Shown here piece by piece: positions 1-13,000 of a stretch of DNA of 64,000 nucleotides. Source of the DNA: Hemiscyllium ocellatum (taxonomy: Eukaryota); contig NC_083409.1 of NCBI RefSeq assembly GCF_020745735.1, positions 48,876,048 through 48,940,047 of the forward strand, given 5' to 3'. The notes beneath the pieces are model-generated. The model was given only the letters and a program-made list of their open reading frames with translations, was not told the DNA's origin and searched no databases. The position numbers and the translations under genes were made by a program. Each line of letters begins with the position of its first letter. Positions within the stretch are counted from its first letter, which is position 1.

Positions 1-39
1 AGCCAAACATTATTTACACTTCTATAACTCTTCATATTT

Positions 40-990
40 ATTTAAATTCACTAATGAGATGTGGGAATCACTGAGGGGCCGCACATTTAATGTCTGTCCC
101 CAGTTGCTCTGAGATGGTAGTGATGAGCTCTTTCCTTGACCTCATATGCTGTAGGTATATTCACAATGCCATTTGGGAAGGAATTCCTGGATTTTGACCC
201 AATGACATGAAGGACAAATGATTTTCTTTTAAGTCAGGATGATGAGTGGCTCAGAGGAGAAATTGCTGATGATGGTGTTCATGTGTATTTACTGCCCTGA
301 GAAACTTTGTTTGCAGTGCATCTTTATATGGTATAAACTGCTGTTACTGATCATCAGTTGTGATGCAAGTGAATGTTTGTGGATGAGATGCCAGTCAGGC
401 GGGCTGCTTTGTCATGGATGGTATTTTGCTTCTTCAGTGTTGATACAGCAACATCTACCCAGGCAAGTGGGGCATATACTATCATACTGCTGACTGGTGG
501 TGCATTGTAAATGGTGGACAGGCTTTGAATTAATCAGGAGATGAGTTACTTGCTGCTGGGTTATTAGCATCTGATCTCCTCTTATAATCAAAGTACTTAT
601 AAAGTTAGTCCAGTTCAATTTCTGATCAATGGTAAACTCCAGGCTATTCCCACCAAGCTGCGTGGCCTTTTTCACATACGCAGCTACTTCAAGGTTCCAA
701 GATTAGCTCATCAATTGCGGCATTGACTTTCAGTTCTGGAAGTTGCTTTCATATATGGATCTTTGAGGCCAACATTGCCAGAAAGAAATTTAGGGAGACT
801 GCTGCTCCCATGATGTTGTTAGTGGGGGATTCAGTGTTGATAATGCCATTGATTGTTCAAATACAATTATTAGCTTTTGTCTTGTTGAAAACAGTCATTG
901 CCTCGTATTGTCACTGCCACATTTCAGCACAAGCCTGGATATTGTTCAGGCCTTGCTACAATTTGACATGAACTGCTTCAGTAGCTACAG
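40..990 (-). mobile_element. Degenerate CR1-group LINE 3' part, with a ~150 bp unrelated insert near 650-810
   Basis: Reverse complement resembles the LINE at 35320-37190 (3' UTR cccacatc..., TIDQKLNWT in ORF 412-675). Confidence 0.65.
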
Positions 991-2064
991 TGTGCTACAT
1001 CAATAGTGTTGACTTCTTCCAGTGGGCCTGCCCATTGGATATCACGATAGGTCTTCCAATTGGGCTTGTTAGTTCACTGGCCTACCTACTATCCTTGTAC
1101 AGATGGACCCCTGGGGAGAAGTCAGCCATCTCTGATGTCCAGCCATAGTCACTTCTGTGTTCTTGAACTGGAATGTAATCCTCATAATCTTGACAAAATC
1201 CCACCCACTGAGCATGCAGACAACCCAACAGCTCTTGGCTGCCACAATATAGAAAAAGGGTGGGTTTTATCTCAGAGTGTAAAACCTGCAATGTCTGTAG
1301 CTTCACCTGGCTTTATGGAGTCTGGTGGCACACTCTTTCTCTTCTTTGTCCCACAACAATAGTGTCAGATTTGACCGTGAGCCACTTTCTGACTGGAAAC
1401 CAGTTGATACAAGATGGAGCATTCATGACTCAAAACTCTGAAGACCTCTTCCAAAGTGTTGGTTTGGTTTTATGCATCCTGTCTTCTAGGATCCTGAATT
1501 ACATTTTAAAGAATCCATTCACCTAACTTGGGGCCAGTGGCCTTTGCTGTCTAGCAGCCTGTCACCGAGGAAACAATAATAGCGGGCACAGTCCATAAGT
1601 TATTCCTCAACATTGAGGTGAGGAGGGAGTTACGTGAATGATACTTCACACATTGCTATCAGGTGTGAGGATTGAGTTTCCATCTTGAGAGCTCACTGAA
1701 TCATTTTTCCGGTCAGAGAGTAATTGTTCTCAATTTTCTTCAGCAGTTGTCGTATTTAGGGTGGAGATCATGATTTGACACAGATCACATTATTTGCTTT
1801 TCTTTATTTTGGGCTTTCTTAGGCTCTTATTTGTTTTAGATCTTGAATGGGAGGTAAATATTAAGATATTGAGGAATGGGGACTTCTTATAAGAAGAGGG
1901 TACTTTAACTGTTTTGATGAACTTGTTTGGACATTTTGTGATATACCTTCAAACCAGGTGGGATTTGAACCCATACCTTCTGAAGAGTGAACTATATACT
2001 GACACTTCAAAGGTAGAATGTATTCTGTAATAAAGGTAAAGTTGCTCAAGTCCACCTGCAGTAT

Positions 2065-2232
2065 AGGGGACTGTTGTGTCATTAGAGAGGTGATTGGTGG
2101 TTATTTAACCTGAGGGTCACGATACCTCAGACAAGGGGAGAAGCTGTGAAGGTTGATGGGAACTGAACCTGTGCTGTTGGTAAAACACTGCAATGCAAAC
2201 CAGCCATTAGCCAAAGGAACTAACTAATCCCC
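2065..2232 (-). mobile_element. tRNA-like SINE remnant (family B)
   Basis: Reverse complement shares gtgaccctcaggttaaa.. accacca with 63095-63280. Confidence 0.5.
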
Positions 2233-4714
2233 ATAGAAAATGGAAGCAGCCCTGGGACTGTGGAAACTTTACCTTGTACCTATGCAGCAATAGTATATTT
2301 AGAGTTACAATTTAATGGAGTAACATTAGATTTAAAAGAAGAATAATAGAAACAAAGATCAGTAAGAAGAATATAGGGTTTGGCAGAATTCTAAGGCAGC
2401 AAGATGTTATATAAGTTAATGACTCTCACAGGGTTAATGTTGGAGACTGTATTAAGCTCTGTCCAATCCGATGATGTCATATAAGTTTGGAGAGAGAAAG
2501 AAGGATTCTAACTCAAGATGCCAATGGAGACAACTGCACTATCATTGTCTCCTGATAATGTTAGTAATTATGTCTAACTAGCCAATGCAAAAGGCCTTTA
2601 ATTGTTATTGTTATTGCGCTGTTTCTCATTAAATGTCATTTGTGGTATATCTTCTACCACTGTTAACCAAATAGGCTCTTATTCCCAGTGCAGAAAGGAG
2701 GATTGGTAGTAACATTATACCCCAACCCACAGCTGGCACTTTTCAATACTGCGGCACATATAATAAAGGAGATTCCAGATTAAGGAAGAGGTGAGGCAGT
2801 TGGAGAAATTTAAACACAAAATTTGAGGTATCTAGGGACCAGAAGCCAATGAGCAGTAAGGACAGGCATAATGGTAAGAAGGACTTTTTTTTTTCTTTTC
2901 TACTGGGAAATGGAACACATAATAATTTTTGGAAGGCAATGTCCAGATGAAAGAACATGTGCATGGACTTTATGGAACCTGCAGAAGCTTCAAGTGTAGT
3001 GTGTAGTGTCACTGAATTAAATTGAATACAACATTTTGATTTTCTGATGGCAGGTTGAGATGCAAAAATTAAGTCAAACAAATTGGTTGTGACATGTCAG
3101 GACTGTACCAGGTTATTACTTGCAATATATTTGTATGCCATATTGATTATTTATTAGCATAATTATAAGACCATAAGACATAGGAATGGAAGTAAGGCCA
3201 TTCGGCCCATCGAGTCCACTCCGGATTATGTTCTACCTTTAAGATGAAGTCACAGCATATGAGAATGTCATAACACTTGCTTTATATTATTTTTAAAATG
3301 TGATGAAACAGTTGGCTTTGTGCATTCTTTCTGAGCTCAGTGCTTTTCCTTGTTGAACTCTATAGCACAAAGAGAGGAGCAGGAGAATGATAGCCTGCAT
3401 GGGGACTTGGTGTCCGCAAGGAGGAGTCAGTGGTGAGCAGGATGTGCAGGATTAGGCTGCGGGGAGTGGAAGAAACACAAGAGAAGAAAGATGGTGACAT
3501 TTAAGGGATGGAGGAGAGGAAGATGGATCCCAATGGAAGACAGAGGATGGCGTCACAGGAATCATTTGAACTGGGATCCTGAGTGTGATGGGGATAGGAT
3601 AGTGGGCACTGTCAGTCAAGATAAGAAAATGAGAAGCCTGAAAGGCAGTGTAATTATGTCCCAGAGTGATAGTTATAACTCTGGACACCAACATTATCAA
3701 AAAAGACAACAATCCTTCTTCCACAATAAAGGAAATGACCTAATTCCTCTGTAACCACTGATGTGTGCCAGACATGAGGTCTGCCAGTACCTTAAGCTCT
3801 CCAGCGATGTTAGGCTTAGCCAATATGATGATGTCCACATGAATGAAGTGAAACCAATGTAATTAATAATGTGAAATTTAAATTTGGGGAGAAAATCTCA
3901 TGCCACCTTTGTCCTCTCAGTCTCATGCGACTGGCGATGGTGTTTGGCAGGAAAGTTTTAGCTGCAATACAGAGCCTCCCTATTTGACTAGGAGACACCT
4001 GACGCCTCAACGTTTTCAGCTTATGGTTGGTTTCACCACTGAAAAACATGCCCTACTGCAGAATCACAAGTTTCCGTGCATGCCACTGGAACTTTAATTT
4101 CAATTGTAATATTGGGGAACCAGGAAGAAGCGAGAGAGCAGAAGGAACACGTGCTTCACTTCTGCCAGCGGGAATACTGCACCACTGAAGAGTCCACTCC
4201 CCTGGCCCCACCATGGCTGAGAATGCAGGGAGCATTCAAGTTTGAGAATAGTGGAAAGGAATCAAGGTATGTCAGGAAGTAATGGCGTAGTGATAGAAAG
4301 TTGACCTGTAAACCCCGTAAAAACTGTTCGACTCAGTGAAGTGGGAAGTTCCAGAGTTTTGAGATTATGAGACTACTTAGAGTAGGGAGGTGTGCAATCA
4401 TTTCATTCCACAGAGTCTTAGATAAATAGCTTTGACTAGATGCTGAATATTTCTTTCCTTAGCCCTGGATCACAGATAGGACACTGCTCTCTAAACATAG
4501 TGATGAATAGTTACTATTGCTTGAATTAGTTTACTTAAAGACCCTCATTCGATTTAACTTGAATTAAAGGGCACTTGACTGCTTTCAACTTTGATCAATC
4601 AGTTAAAATTGTGGCCTTGCAAATATCCCTTTGATAGGAAGAGTTAAATTTCTTGCAAGTATGGTTACCATGCTTAGTCATGCTCCTTAAACAATGTTTA
4701 GTTTGGACAGCAAC

Positions 4715-5740
4715 ATTTTGTTTTATTCAGTCATGCGATGTGGTGTCCATGACTGGGACAGAATTTATTGCTGAATCCCAGTAACATTGAGAAGCATGTA
4801 GTGAGCTGCCCTCTTGAACCACTCCAGTCCATTTCGTGTAGGTGCACCCACAATGCTGCTGGGGATGCACCTCCAGGACTTTGACCCAGTGACACTGAAG
4901 GAATGGCAGAATATTTCCAAGTCAGGATGGTGAGTGGCTTGGATGTGAACTTGCAGGTGGTGGTGTTCCCTTGAATCTGCTGCTCTTGTCCTTTTAGGTG
5001 GAAGTAGAAATGAGTTTCGAAGGTGCTGTTTATGGACACCTGATGAATTATCTTGTAGATAGTACACACTGCTGCTACTGAGCATTGATGGTAGATGGAT
5101 TGAATGTCTGGATGTGGGGTCAATCAAGCAGGCTGCTTTATTCTGATGATGCCAAGAGTCTTGCTGGATTTGCACTCCTCCAGGTAAATGGTGGCTCAAT
5201 AATTAGCACTGCTGCCTCACAGCTCCAGGGACCCAGGTTCGATTTGAGCCTCGGGCGACTGTCTGTATGGAGCTTGCACATTTCTCCCCCCTGTTTGCGT
5301 GGGTTTCCTCCGGGTGCTGTGGTTTTCTCCCACAGTCCAAAGATGTGCAGGTCAGGTAAATTGGTCATGCTAAATTGCCCATAGCGATGTATAGGTTAAG
5401 TGCATTAGTCAGGGGTAAATATAGGGTAGGGGAATGGGTCTGGGTGGGTTACTCTTCAGAGGATAGGTGTAGACCTGTTGGACTGAAGGGCTTGTTTCCA
5501 CATTGTAGGGATTCTAATTCTAAAAATGAAATGGACAGTATTCCATCATGGTCTTGACTTGTACCTTTTAGATGATGGATAGGGCTTTGGGGAGTCAGGA
5601 GGAGAGTTCTTCGCTGCAGAATTCCTAGCTTCTGACCTATTCTTTTAGGCACAGTATTTAAATGGCTGGTTCATGGATGACATTGGGATGTTGATAGTGA
5701 TGAATTTAGGGATAGCAATCCCATTGAATGTTGATGTTTA
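4715..5740 (-). mobile_element. CR1-group LINE 3' fragment split by an HE1 SINE
   Basis: Reverse-complement match to the 3' end of the 35320-37190 family; the sequence resumes after 5525. Confidence 0.7.
5190..5522 (+). mobile_element. HE1-type shark SINE (V-SINE group)
   Basis: tRNA-like head (ttagcactgctgcctcacag...ggttcgat), V-domain core (gggtttcctccgggtgct...cccacagtccaaagatgtgcaggt) and CR1-like tail ending tgtagggattctaattct. Confidence 0.85.
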
Positions 5741-5779
5741 GATATGATTTGAACTAAAAAGGCATGTTATAAAGTTTAA

Positions 5780-5956
5780 ATATGTGTTGCTGGAAAAGCG
5801 CAGCAGGTCAGGCAGCATCAAAGGAACATTCCTGAAGAAGGGCTTATGCCCAAAACGTCAATTTTCCTGTTCCTTGGATGCTGTCTGAGCTGCTGTGCTT
5901 TAACCAGCAACACATTTTCAGCTCTGATCTCCAGCATCTGCAGACCTCACTTTTTA
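5780..5956. mobile_element. Penelope-like terminal hairpin remnant with degenerate hammerhead core (5832-5859, +)
   Basis: Inverted arms tgtgttgctggaaaagcgcagcag / ctgctgtgctttaaccagcaacaca. Core CTGAAGA-A-GGGC-TTAT-GCCC-AAAA-CG-TC has G12>A. Confidence 0.75.
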
Positions 5957-7702
5957 CTGGATAGAGGATTGGTTGACTAACAGAAAGCAAAGAGTGTGGA
6001 TAAATTAATGCTATCCTGGCTGACAGTGACTAGTGGTGTGTTGATGTTGGGACTGCAATTATTCACAATGTATATAGATGATTTGAGTTGGGGACCATGT
6101 CTAGTGTGTCAAAGTTTGCAGATGACACAGCTGATGGGTAGCAGAGCAAAGTGAGCAGAGGATTGTGAAACTTTGGAGAGGAACACAGATACATTGAGTG
6201 AGTGGGCAAATGTCTGGCAGATGGAATACAATGTTAGTACATGTGAAGTCATCCATTTTGGTAGGAGTAACAGTAAAAAGGATTATTATTTGAATGGTAA
6301 AAGATTGCAGCATGCTGCTATGCAGAGAGACCTGGATATCTTTGTGCATGAATCACAGAAGGTACAGCAGGTAATTAAGAAGGCAAATAGAATTTTGACT
6401 TTCATTGCTAAAGCAATTACGTTTAAAAACTTGGGAGATTATGTTACAGCTGTACAGGGTGCTGGTGAGGCCACACCTGGAGTACTGTATGCACTTTTGG
6501 TCTCCCTTACTTGAGAAAGGATGTACTGGCACTGGAGGCAGTGCACAGGAGGTTCACTAGGTTGGTTCTGGAGCTGAGGGGGTTGGCTTGTGAGGAGAGA
6601 CTGAGTAGACTGGGATTATATTCTTGGAATTCAGAAGAATGAGGTGGGATCTTATGGAAACATATGAAATTATGATGGGACTGGATAAGATAGAAATACG
6701 GAGGATGTTTCCATGGGCAGATGAAGTTAGGATAAAAGGGTATAGCCTCAAAATTAGAGGGAGCAGATTTAAGACTGAATTGAGAAGGAACTTGTTCACC
6801 CAAATGGTTGTAAATCTATGGAATTCCTTGCCCAGCGAAGTAGTTGATGCTACTTCAGTAAATTTTTAAAGCTAAGTGGAGCCGCAGGTAGATAGGATAG
6901 TGAAGAAGGCGTTTGGTATGCTTTCCTTTATTGGTCAGAGTATTGAGTACAGGAGTTGGGAGGTCATGTTGCGTCTGTACAAGACATTGGTTAGGCCACT
7001 GTTGGAATATTGTGTGCAATTCTGGTCTCCTTCCTATCGGAAAGATATTGTGAAACTTGAAAGGGTTCAGAAAAGATTTACAAGGATGTTGCCAGGGTTG
7101 GAGGACCTGAGCTACAGGGAGAGGCTGAACAGGCTGGGGCTGTTTTCCCTGGAGCATTGGAGGCTGAGGGGTGACCTTGTACAGGTTTACAAAATTATGA
7201 GGGGCATGGATAGGATAAATAGGTAAAGTCTTTTCCCTGGGGTTGGGGAGTCCAGAACTAGAGGGAATAGGTTTAGGGTGAGAGGGGAAAGATATAAAAG
7301 AGACCTAAGGGACAACTTTTTCACACAGAGGGTGGTACGTGTATGGAATGTGCTACCAGAAGAAGTGGTGGAAGCTGGTAAAATTGCAACATTTAAAAGG
7401 CGTTTGGATGGGTATATGAATAGGAAGGATTTGGAGGGATATGGGCCAGGTGCTGGCAGGTGGGACTAGATTGGGTTGGGATATCTGGTCAGCATGGACA
7501 AATTGGACCAAAGGGTCTGTTTTCATGCTGTACATCTCTATGACTCTATAAATCATTTTTTGACCAATAACGGAATTAAGGGATACGGTGAGAGTATGGA
7601 TAGGTGGATCTGCATCCATGAAAAACCAGCCATGATCTTATTGAGTCAGCCATGATCTTACAGCCAGATGGCCTACTTCTGCTCCCATTTCTTGTGTTCT
7701 TA
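5957..7702 (+). mobile_element. CR1 LINE ORF2 3' half with 3' tail, interrupted by a younger CR1 at 6875-7550
   Basis: RT motifs SKFADDT, WANVWQMEYNV, EVIHFGR and RDLDIFV; tail gatggcctacttctgctcccatttcttgtgttctta. Confidence 0.85.
6875..7550 (+). mobile_element. 5'-truncated HER1-like CR1 LINE nested inside another CR1
   Basis: ORF ...LYKTLVRPLLEYCVQFWSP...ERVQKRFTRMLPGL; tail ctgtacatctctatgactctat. The host LINE resumes immediately after. Confidence 0.88.
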
Positions 7703-8914
7703 TCGATGTTAGAGAGAGAGAGAGTCAGCTGGAAACATCTGTTGAATCAGGGAACCTTTTGCCTCAACAGCTTGCTTTGACCAGCAGCTTCAAACAGAGC
7801 TTTTACTAAAACCAAACTAAACCAGACAAAAATCCTGAACTGGGAGAACTGGCCACTCCCCTTTCATTGTACAAGTGTTTGTGAAAAAAAACCTTGAAGC
7901 CTTTTCCTGATTATTGCCTTAGTCAGTATCTGTTAGCCATTAGCAAAGTCCCTAAACCCAGACAAATCTGAACCTCTGCCTTTTACAACCCCTCTTGAAA
8001 AAAATAAGGACAACATAACCTTGTTAAAGGAGCACCATTGTCACAAGGGAGATGTTATAACATTGGGAACATGGGTCATTGTGGGAAGGGAGGTCATCAA
8101 TGGTCACAATCAGCCTGGCCCTAATGCGGGGTGAGGGGGTTAATACAGAATGATGGTTATCATGGCTTGGCTGTAGGAGGTAAGCTCAGGAGGTAATGTT
8201 GAGAAATAACATCATAACTCAAAGTGCTGTGAGAGAATGTTTGGAAGCTCAGTACTGATGGATTAACAGTTAGTGCAAGGAAAAGAACATGGAAGTTTGG
8301 AGTGGGCCCTTGTTTATCACTTTGGGTCTGCAATCTATTGTACCAACCATGACTTGCATTGCTTTCAACACTCATGTGAGGTAAACATGTACATTGGAAT
8401 TGGACATTAGCTCCTCTCACATATGTGGGTTCTACTTATAAGTTACATGAGGGAAATTGCATTAATCAGGCATTTTCACAATGTGGATTGAAGTAATCTC
8501 TAAATGTAGTACCCATCATCTAAAAAGCATAGGGTGACCAATGAAATAGAAAGCCTGGTCGCAAGCAACCTTGGCTATGTAATTGGCCAATGCAAGTGAA
8601 GGTAGTCAACTCTGTGAAGCAGAGTTAATTAATACATAACCTTAAGAGTGGCCCCAGCAGGTCAAGATCTCAAAAGCTGCACAGGAGCTTAGAACTGATT
8701 TCGTCTCACCTTGAAATGCACGTATTCGCCAATTTTGTTCTTATATACAATATTACCTTTTTTGAGTGATGTTGGGGCAGTGGGGGGGAGGTGTGAGGAC
8801 AAAGTATCAGTAATTATACAATATTTAAAAATCTCCTGGTGTATTTGTGTAACAAAGTTGTGTTGCATTCATTGGAAGAAGGACTATGCTGAACCATCAA
8901 TAGCTGATACCTTA

Positions 8915-9240
8915 CAAGGATGGTTATCAGATACAAAGGTGACCATGTGACCATGGCTGATGACTCAGTTCCACAACCCTATTGACTACAGCCAAGTGTA
9001 GATGCAATGCAATCCATTTTTCAACCAATATCATTGTGGTGGAGATGATAGGCCTGCTGAAGGTGAGGTTTCAATAGTTGGATCAACATGTGGACTGTGC
9101 AGCATAATCCTAACATGCTGTGCTCTGCACAGCTGGAACAGGCAAGAAAAAAGGGGCTTTATGGATTCTGAAGAACTGGGAGATCAGCAGCAGTCTTTCG
9201 AGGAGGAAGTTGAGGAAATTGAGCAAGAGGACCATCATCT
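8915..9240 (+). mobile_element. Harbinger/PIF DDE transposase (HARBI1-like) pseudogenic fragment
   Basis: Frameshifted motifs GWL..., PWLMTQFHNP, VEMIGLLKVRF and IILTCCALH, followed by an acidic tail (EEEVEE). Confidence 0.65.
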
Positions 9241-11905
9241 TCAGCATGGACAGTGCTGCAGCATCAAGTACAACAAGTCAGAAGGACTTAATTGACATTC
9301 AATTCCAATAGATGTGACCTGGGTGCACTCATTAATTGCCATTTTATGTAGGTCAAAAAGCAAATAGTTTCTCTTTGTTCCCAGAGGCAAATTAAGCTTT
9401 TGTTCATTGTTCACTTTTATTGAAGTTGAATAAAAGCAAATGGTTTGAAAGCTTTCCAGTATGTTTTAGTCCCACATTCAACAGTAAGAGGATGGTGGGC
9501 TACACTGGGCATTGGGGAAAGACTATCACGCCCTTAGACGTGGTTCTAAGATGACTGGATGCTAAGGATGGATAAGCTTTCTAGCTTGCTTGTTAAGGAG
9601 CAATGAGATGTGATTGTGCACTTGTATGTGTCTGCCATGCCACATTTGTACCATGAAAAGTTTTGGTTACCCTCCCACTACATGCACAGGGAAGAGCAAC
9701 CCCTGACTGGCACAGCTGAGTTTAAGGGTAGTGCTAGGACCAGGAATTCCAGAGGTCCTGGCAGTGGCTAGAGCAAGGATATGATGCGCATGGTGCCATG
9801 AGTGAGGTGCATCGGCAACAGGATGAATTTCAGAAAATAGCCTGGGAAATTTCTTCAGGGCGTACGGAGAGAAATCCTCCTTGAAACTCAACAAAATTGA
9901 CATGAGCTGTAAAGTTGTTCTACTTCCCTGCAGAAAAAATATTTAACATTACACTAAGCTGCAGCCTTTTGATGTCATCAACATTGTTTATTCTCATTGT
10001 TTTCATTTTTCATTTTTAAATAAGTTTCTGCGAAGGTTGTGAGAAGTTGTTCAAAGTGCCTTTGGAAACAACTGACAAAATATTGTAGCAAGCAGAACAG
10101 ATCATTAATTAAACACACACACTCTAGTGTCTGCATTACCTATGAAAGATACTTTGGAATAAACCATGTTATCTATTCAAATTCACACTAACATTTGAAA
10201 TGGATACTACATCTAAAAGGCTAAAATTTATAATTCTGACAGAAATGCCGAACAAATATAATTCCATGCATTCAGTAGTTTGAGTTGTGTTATTCTTATT
10301 TTTAATGTGCATTTTTATATACAACTTCTATTGTACTTTAGATCTTCCCAAATAATGGCTAATTATGTAATGTGCACCCATTTCGAGTAGTTGTATCTTT
10401 GCCCAGAGTTACCAATGGTATGCATTTATTAAGATTCTTTGCATGTCACATATTGCTTGCTAACCCTAACATAACACCACTGGAGAACAGCAATAGCTCT
10501 GATAGCGAGACAGGATATAAATAAAATGTCTTTGCCACCAATTTTTCAGGGCAAGAAGAGCTAATTGTGGAAACCAAAAGATGCCTGATCGAACATTGGG
10601 TCACATGTTTTCCGGTTATTTGGTGCTAGAAGCATGTAAATAAGTGTTGTGAAATGGTGTGTATAACTGTAAGTTGGCACATCTTAAAATGCTGTCAAAC
10701 ATCACTAGCCTTTAGATAGCGTAGTAGCCCCATAGGACTGTAGTCAGAGTACAGCAGCAGCCCTCCAACGCAGAGGTACACACTTCGCTTCCCAGTTATT
10801 GTGACATAAACAACCCACACTATCATTTACCAATCCTCATTTTATGATTGGCACGTTATGTCAAATAGAACGGTGTAACAATGAGAAAGCCAACACATAC
10901 TTTAGGCCTCCTTACCAAATGAAATACCCTTAACCTAAGCCGGTTCGTTCAGAATTCTTCTTTAACTGCTCTGTGCTGTAGATAGTGTTGCCATCGAAAT
11001 GTCTGTTTGTTTATTTAAAAAAAGAGGACTGGAGCAGTAGGCGTATGTTCTGGCTCCGTAATGTTCTGATAATCTACATCCTTGCTGCAACTCACACCTC
11101 TAGGATTTACCTCTCACTGTATGAGACTAATATACTAGTTGTTAATGCGTGAAATGCACATATGTTGTTATCTTGTTTCAAGTGCATTGTAATTGAAAAT
11201 GTTGTTTCTAAGCCTATATTAGAAAAATCAAGAGATGTGGATCTGTTCTTGATACATTCTGGGCAATTAGCATTAATGTTTGACAAGAAACAGTTACAGA
11301 GAACCTTTTGGCTCAGTAGGTAATATGCACTTCCTGGTGAGGCTCTGAGCCATAGGCTGAATTTTATAGGACACCTGAGGGTTGGGAAACAGACCGATGG
11401 AGCCATAAGTTTGGCTGCATGCCAATGCCTATCTGCAAATGACAACACTACCACAATTTTATGAGTGGCAGGGGTAGAGTTGATGGGTACCTCATCAGTG
11501 GACCAACTAAAGCTCTTATGTAGGAATTAATGCCAAAGAGAACTGTTTCAGCTTCTCTCATCTTTCTCTGTAATTGAAGACTTAACAGGATTTGCAAACA
11601 ATGCTGTGGGAATGGTATTGTTTCTTGTTAAATTCTAAATCTTGGAGCATAACAGAAGTGCCAAAAAAAATTGTAACAGGAGATAAAAATGTACGCTTCA
11701 TTTCCAAACATCTGGGTGATTCACTTTATGCTGTTCGTAGTGAGCTCAGCATATTCCTTTCATATGTTCCCACATTAATTATTTTCCTGCAAGTTCCTGA
11801 TACTGTAAATTTGTATAGGGTTTAGTTACTATAATTGGGGGCTTGAAACCATAGGATATGCCATGTCAAGGCAGGGTGATTCCTACCATGGTCATGACTC
11901 CTAGT

Positions 11906-12123
11906 AGAAAGTGATGACTGCAGATGCTGGAGATCAGGGCAGAAAATGTGTTGCTGGAAAAGCGCAGCAGGTCAGGCAGCATCCAAGGAGCAGGAGAGTC
12001 GACGTTTCAGGCATGAGCCCTTCTTCAGGAATCCTGAAGAAGGGCTCATGCCCGAAACGTTGACTCTCCTGCTCCTTGGATGCTGCCTGACCTGCTGCGC
12101 TTTTCCAGCAACACATTTTCAGT
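11906..12123. mobile_element. Penelope-derived palindromic element: 89-bp arms (11942-12030 / 12032-12120), hammerhead cores on both strands
   Basis: 87/89 arm complementarity. Starts with the Penelope end agaaagtga.gactgcagatgctggagatc. Flanking direct repeat tcatgactcct at 11892-11902 and 12126-12136. Confidence 0.88.
12034..12061 (+). ncRNA. Minimal type I hammerhead ribozyme motif (Penelope-type)
   Basis: CUGAAGA-A-GGGC-UCAU-GCCC-GAAA-CG-UU. Mirror core on the - strand at 12001-12028 ends in GUC. Confidence 0.65.
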
Positions 12124-12699
12124 CCTCATGACTCCTCCCATGATCACTGATTTCAGCTGTGTCCTCCCATTTTCACAGGGAAATTCTAGGTTGGGGCAAA
12201 GGCCAAACCTTTAAATCTTTATTTAATTCAGTTTCTAACTCAGAATCAGGCTTTTATCATTACGTGTCCACAATTCACCATCTCTCCATCTACAGTTTTC
12301 ATTTTATGGCATATTTGAAGATAAGAAGTTAATGATGAAGATTCATGAATCAGTGACTTATTACCATCTTCAGTGGCCTTGGCAGTTCCAAGTGCTGTTT
12401 GCTCTGTGGCTTTGGGTCAGTAATTCTGTGCACCATCTCCTCCAAGGTACTATGGACATGCATCTGTGCAATTCATGCTCTTTGCACTTTTTCCAAGAAG
12501 GCAGCATGTCAATTAGTGTAAGTATGATTGAGTGATATGCCCCTTGCAGTTGTGGAGGCGTTTAGAGGTGTGAGTGTGGCAGGCATGATTGGGATGAGTC
12601 TGGCTAAGGTATTACAATGCTAGTGGTAAGATCTGGGTACCCAGAACAGCTTCTGGGTGTGGGACGAGACTGTCAAAAATTGAGAAATGTGAAAGGTAG

Positions 12700-13000
12700 T
12701 TGGTGAGATGGGTCTCAGATGTGGTGCTTAGATGCATTCACTCCTCTTGACCATGCAAGTGAGCTTTATAAATCTCTTTTGGCATTGGTGCCTGGGACTT
12801 GGAGATAAGCAGTGTGCATTCACCACCATTGCCATGTCTCCCATACCCTCCAGAGGTTCAATTTCACGAGCTGCCTGCCTATCATGGCACATGGCCTCCT
12901 TTGCAGGCTCCACCTGTCTGCCCAGTGCCATCAGGCTGGCCTTGTTAAAGCTGGAGCCCTTTCCGTTGTAATATTGACACCCTCTGTCCCAGAGTGTTCC
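12700..13000 (-). mobile_element. Harbinger-associated Myb/SANT-like DNA-binding protein remnant
   Basis: ORF 12728-13156 contains KGSSFNKASLMAL..QVE and MAMVVNAHCLSP..HQCQKRF, typical of Myb/SANT-like Harbinger ORFs. Confidence 0.55.

Noticed and set aside
5190-5260. tRNA genes at SINE heads
   Set aside because: Degenerate A/B-box heads fused to SINE bodies; no complete cloverleaf.
7703-8045. Possible LTR fragment ending ...ttgtcaca
   Set aside because: Only one plausible terminus and no partner or duplication, so not supportable by eye.
11934-12131. Mirror-image ORFs MCCWKSAAG... on both strands
   Set aside because: A by-product of the palindromic element; not proteins.
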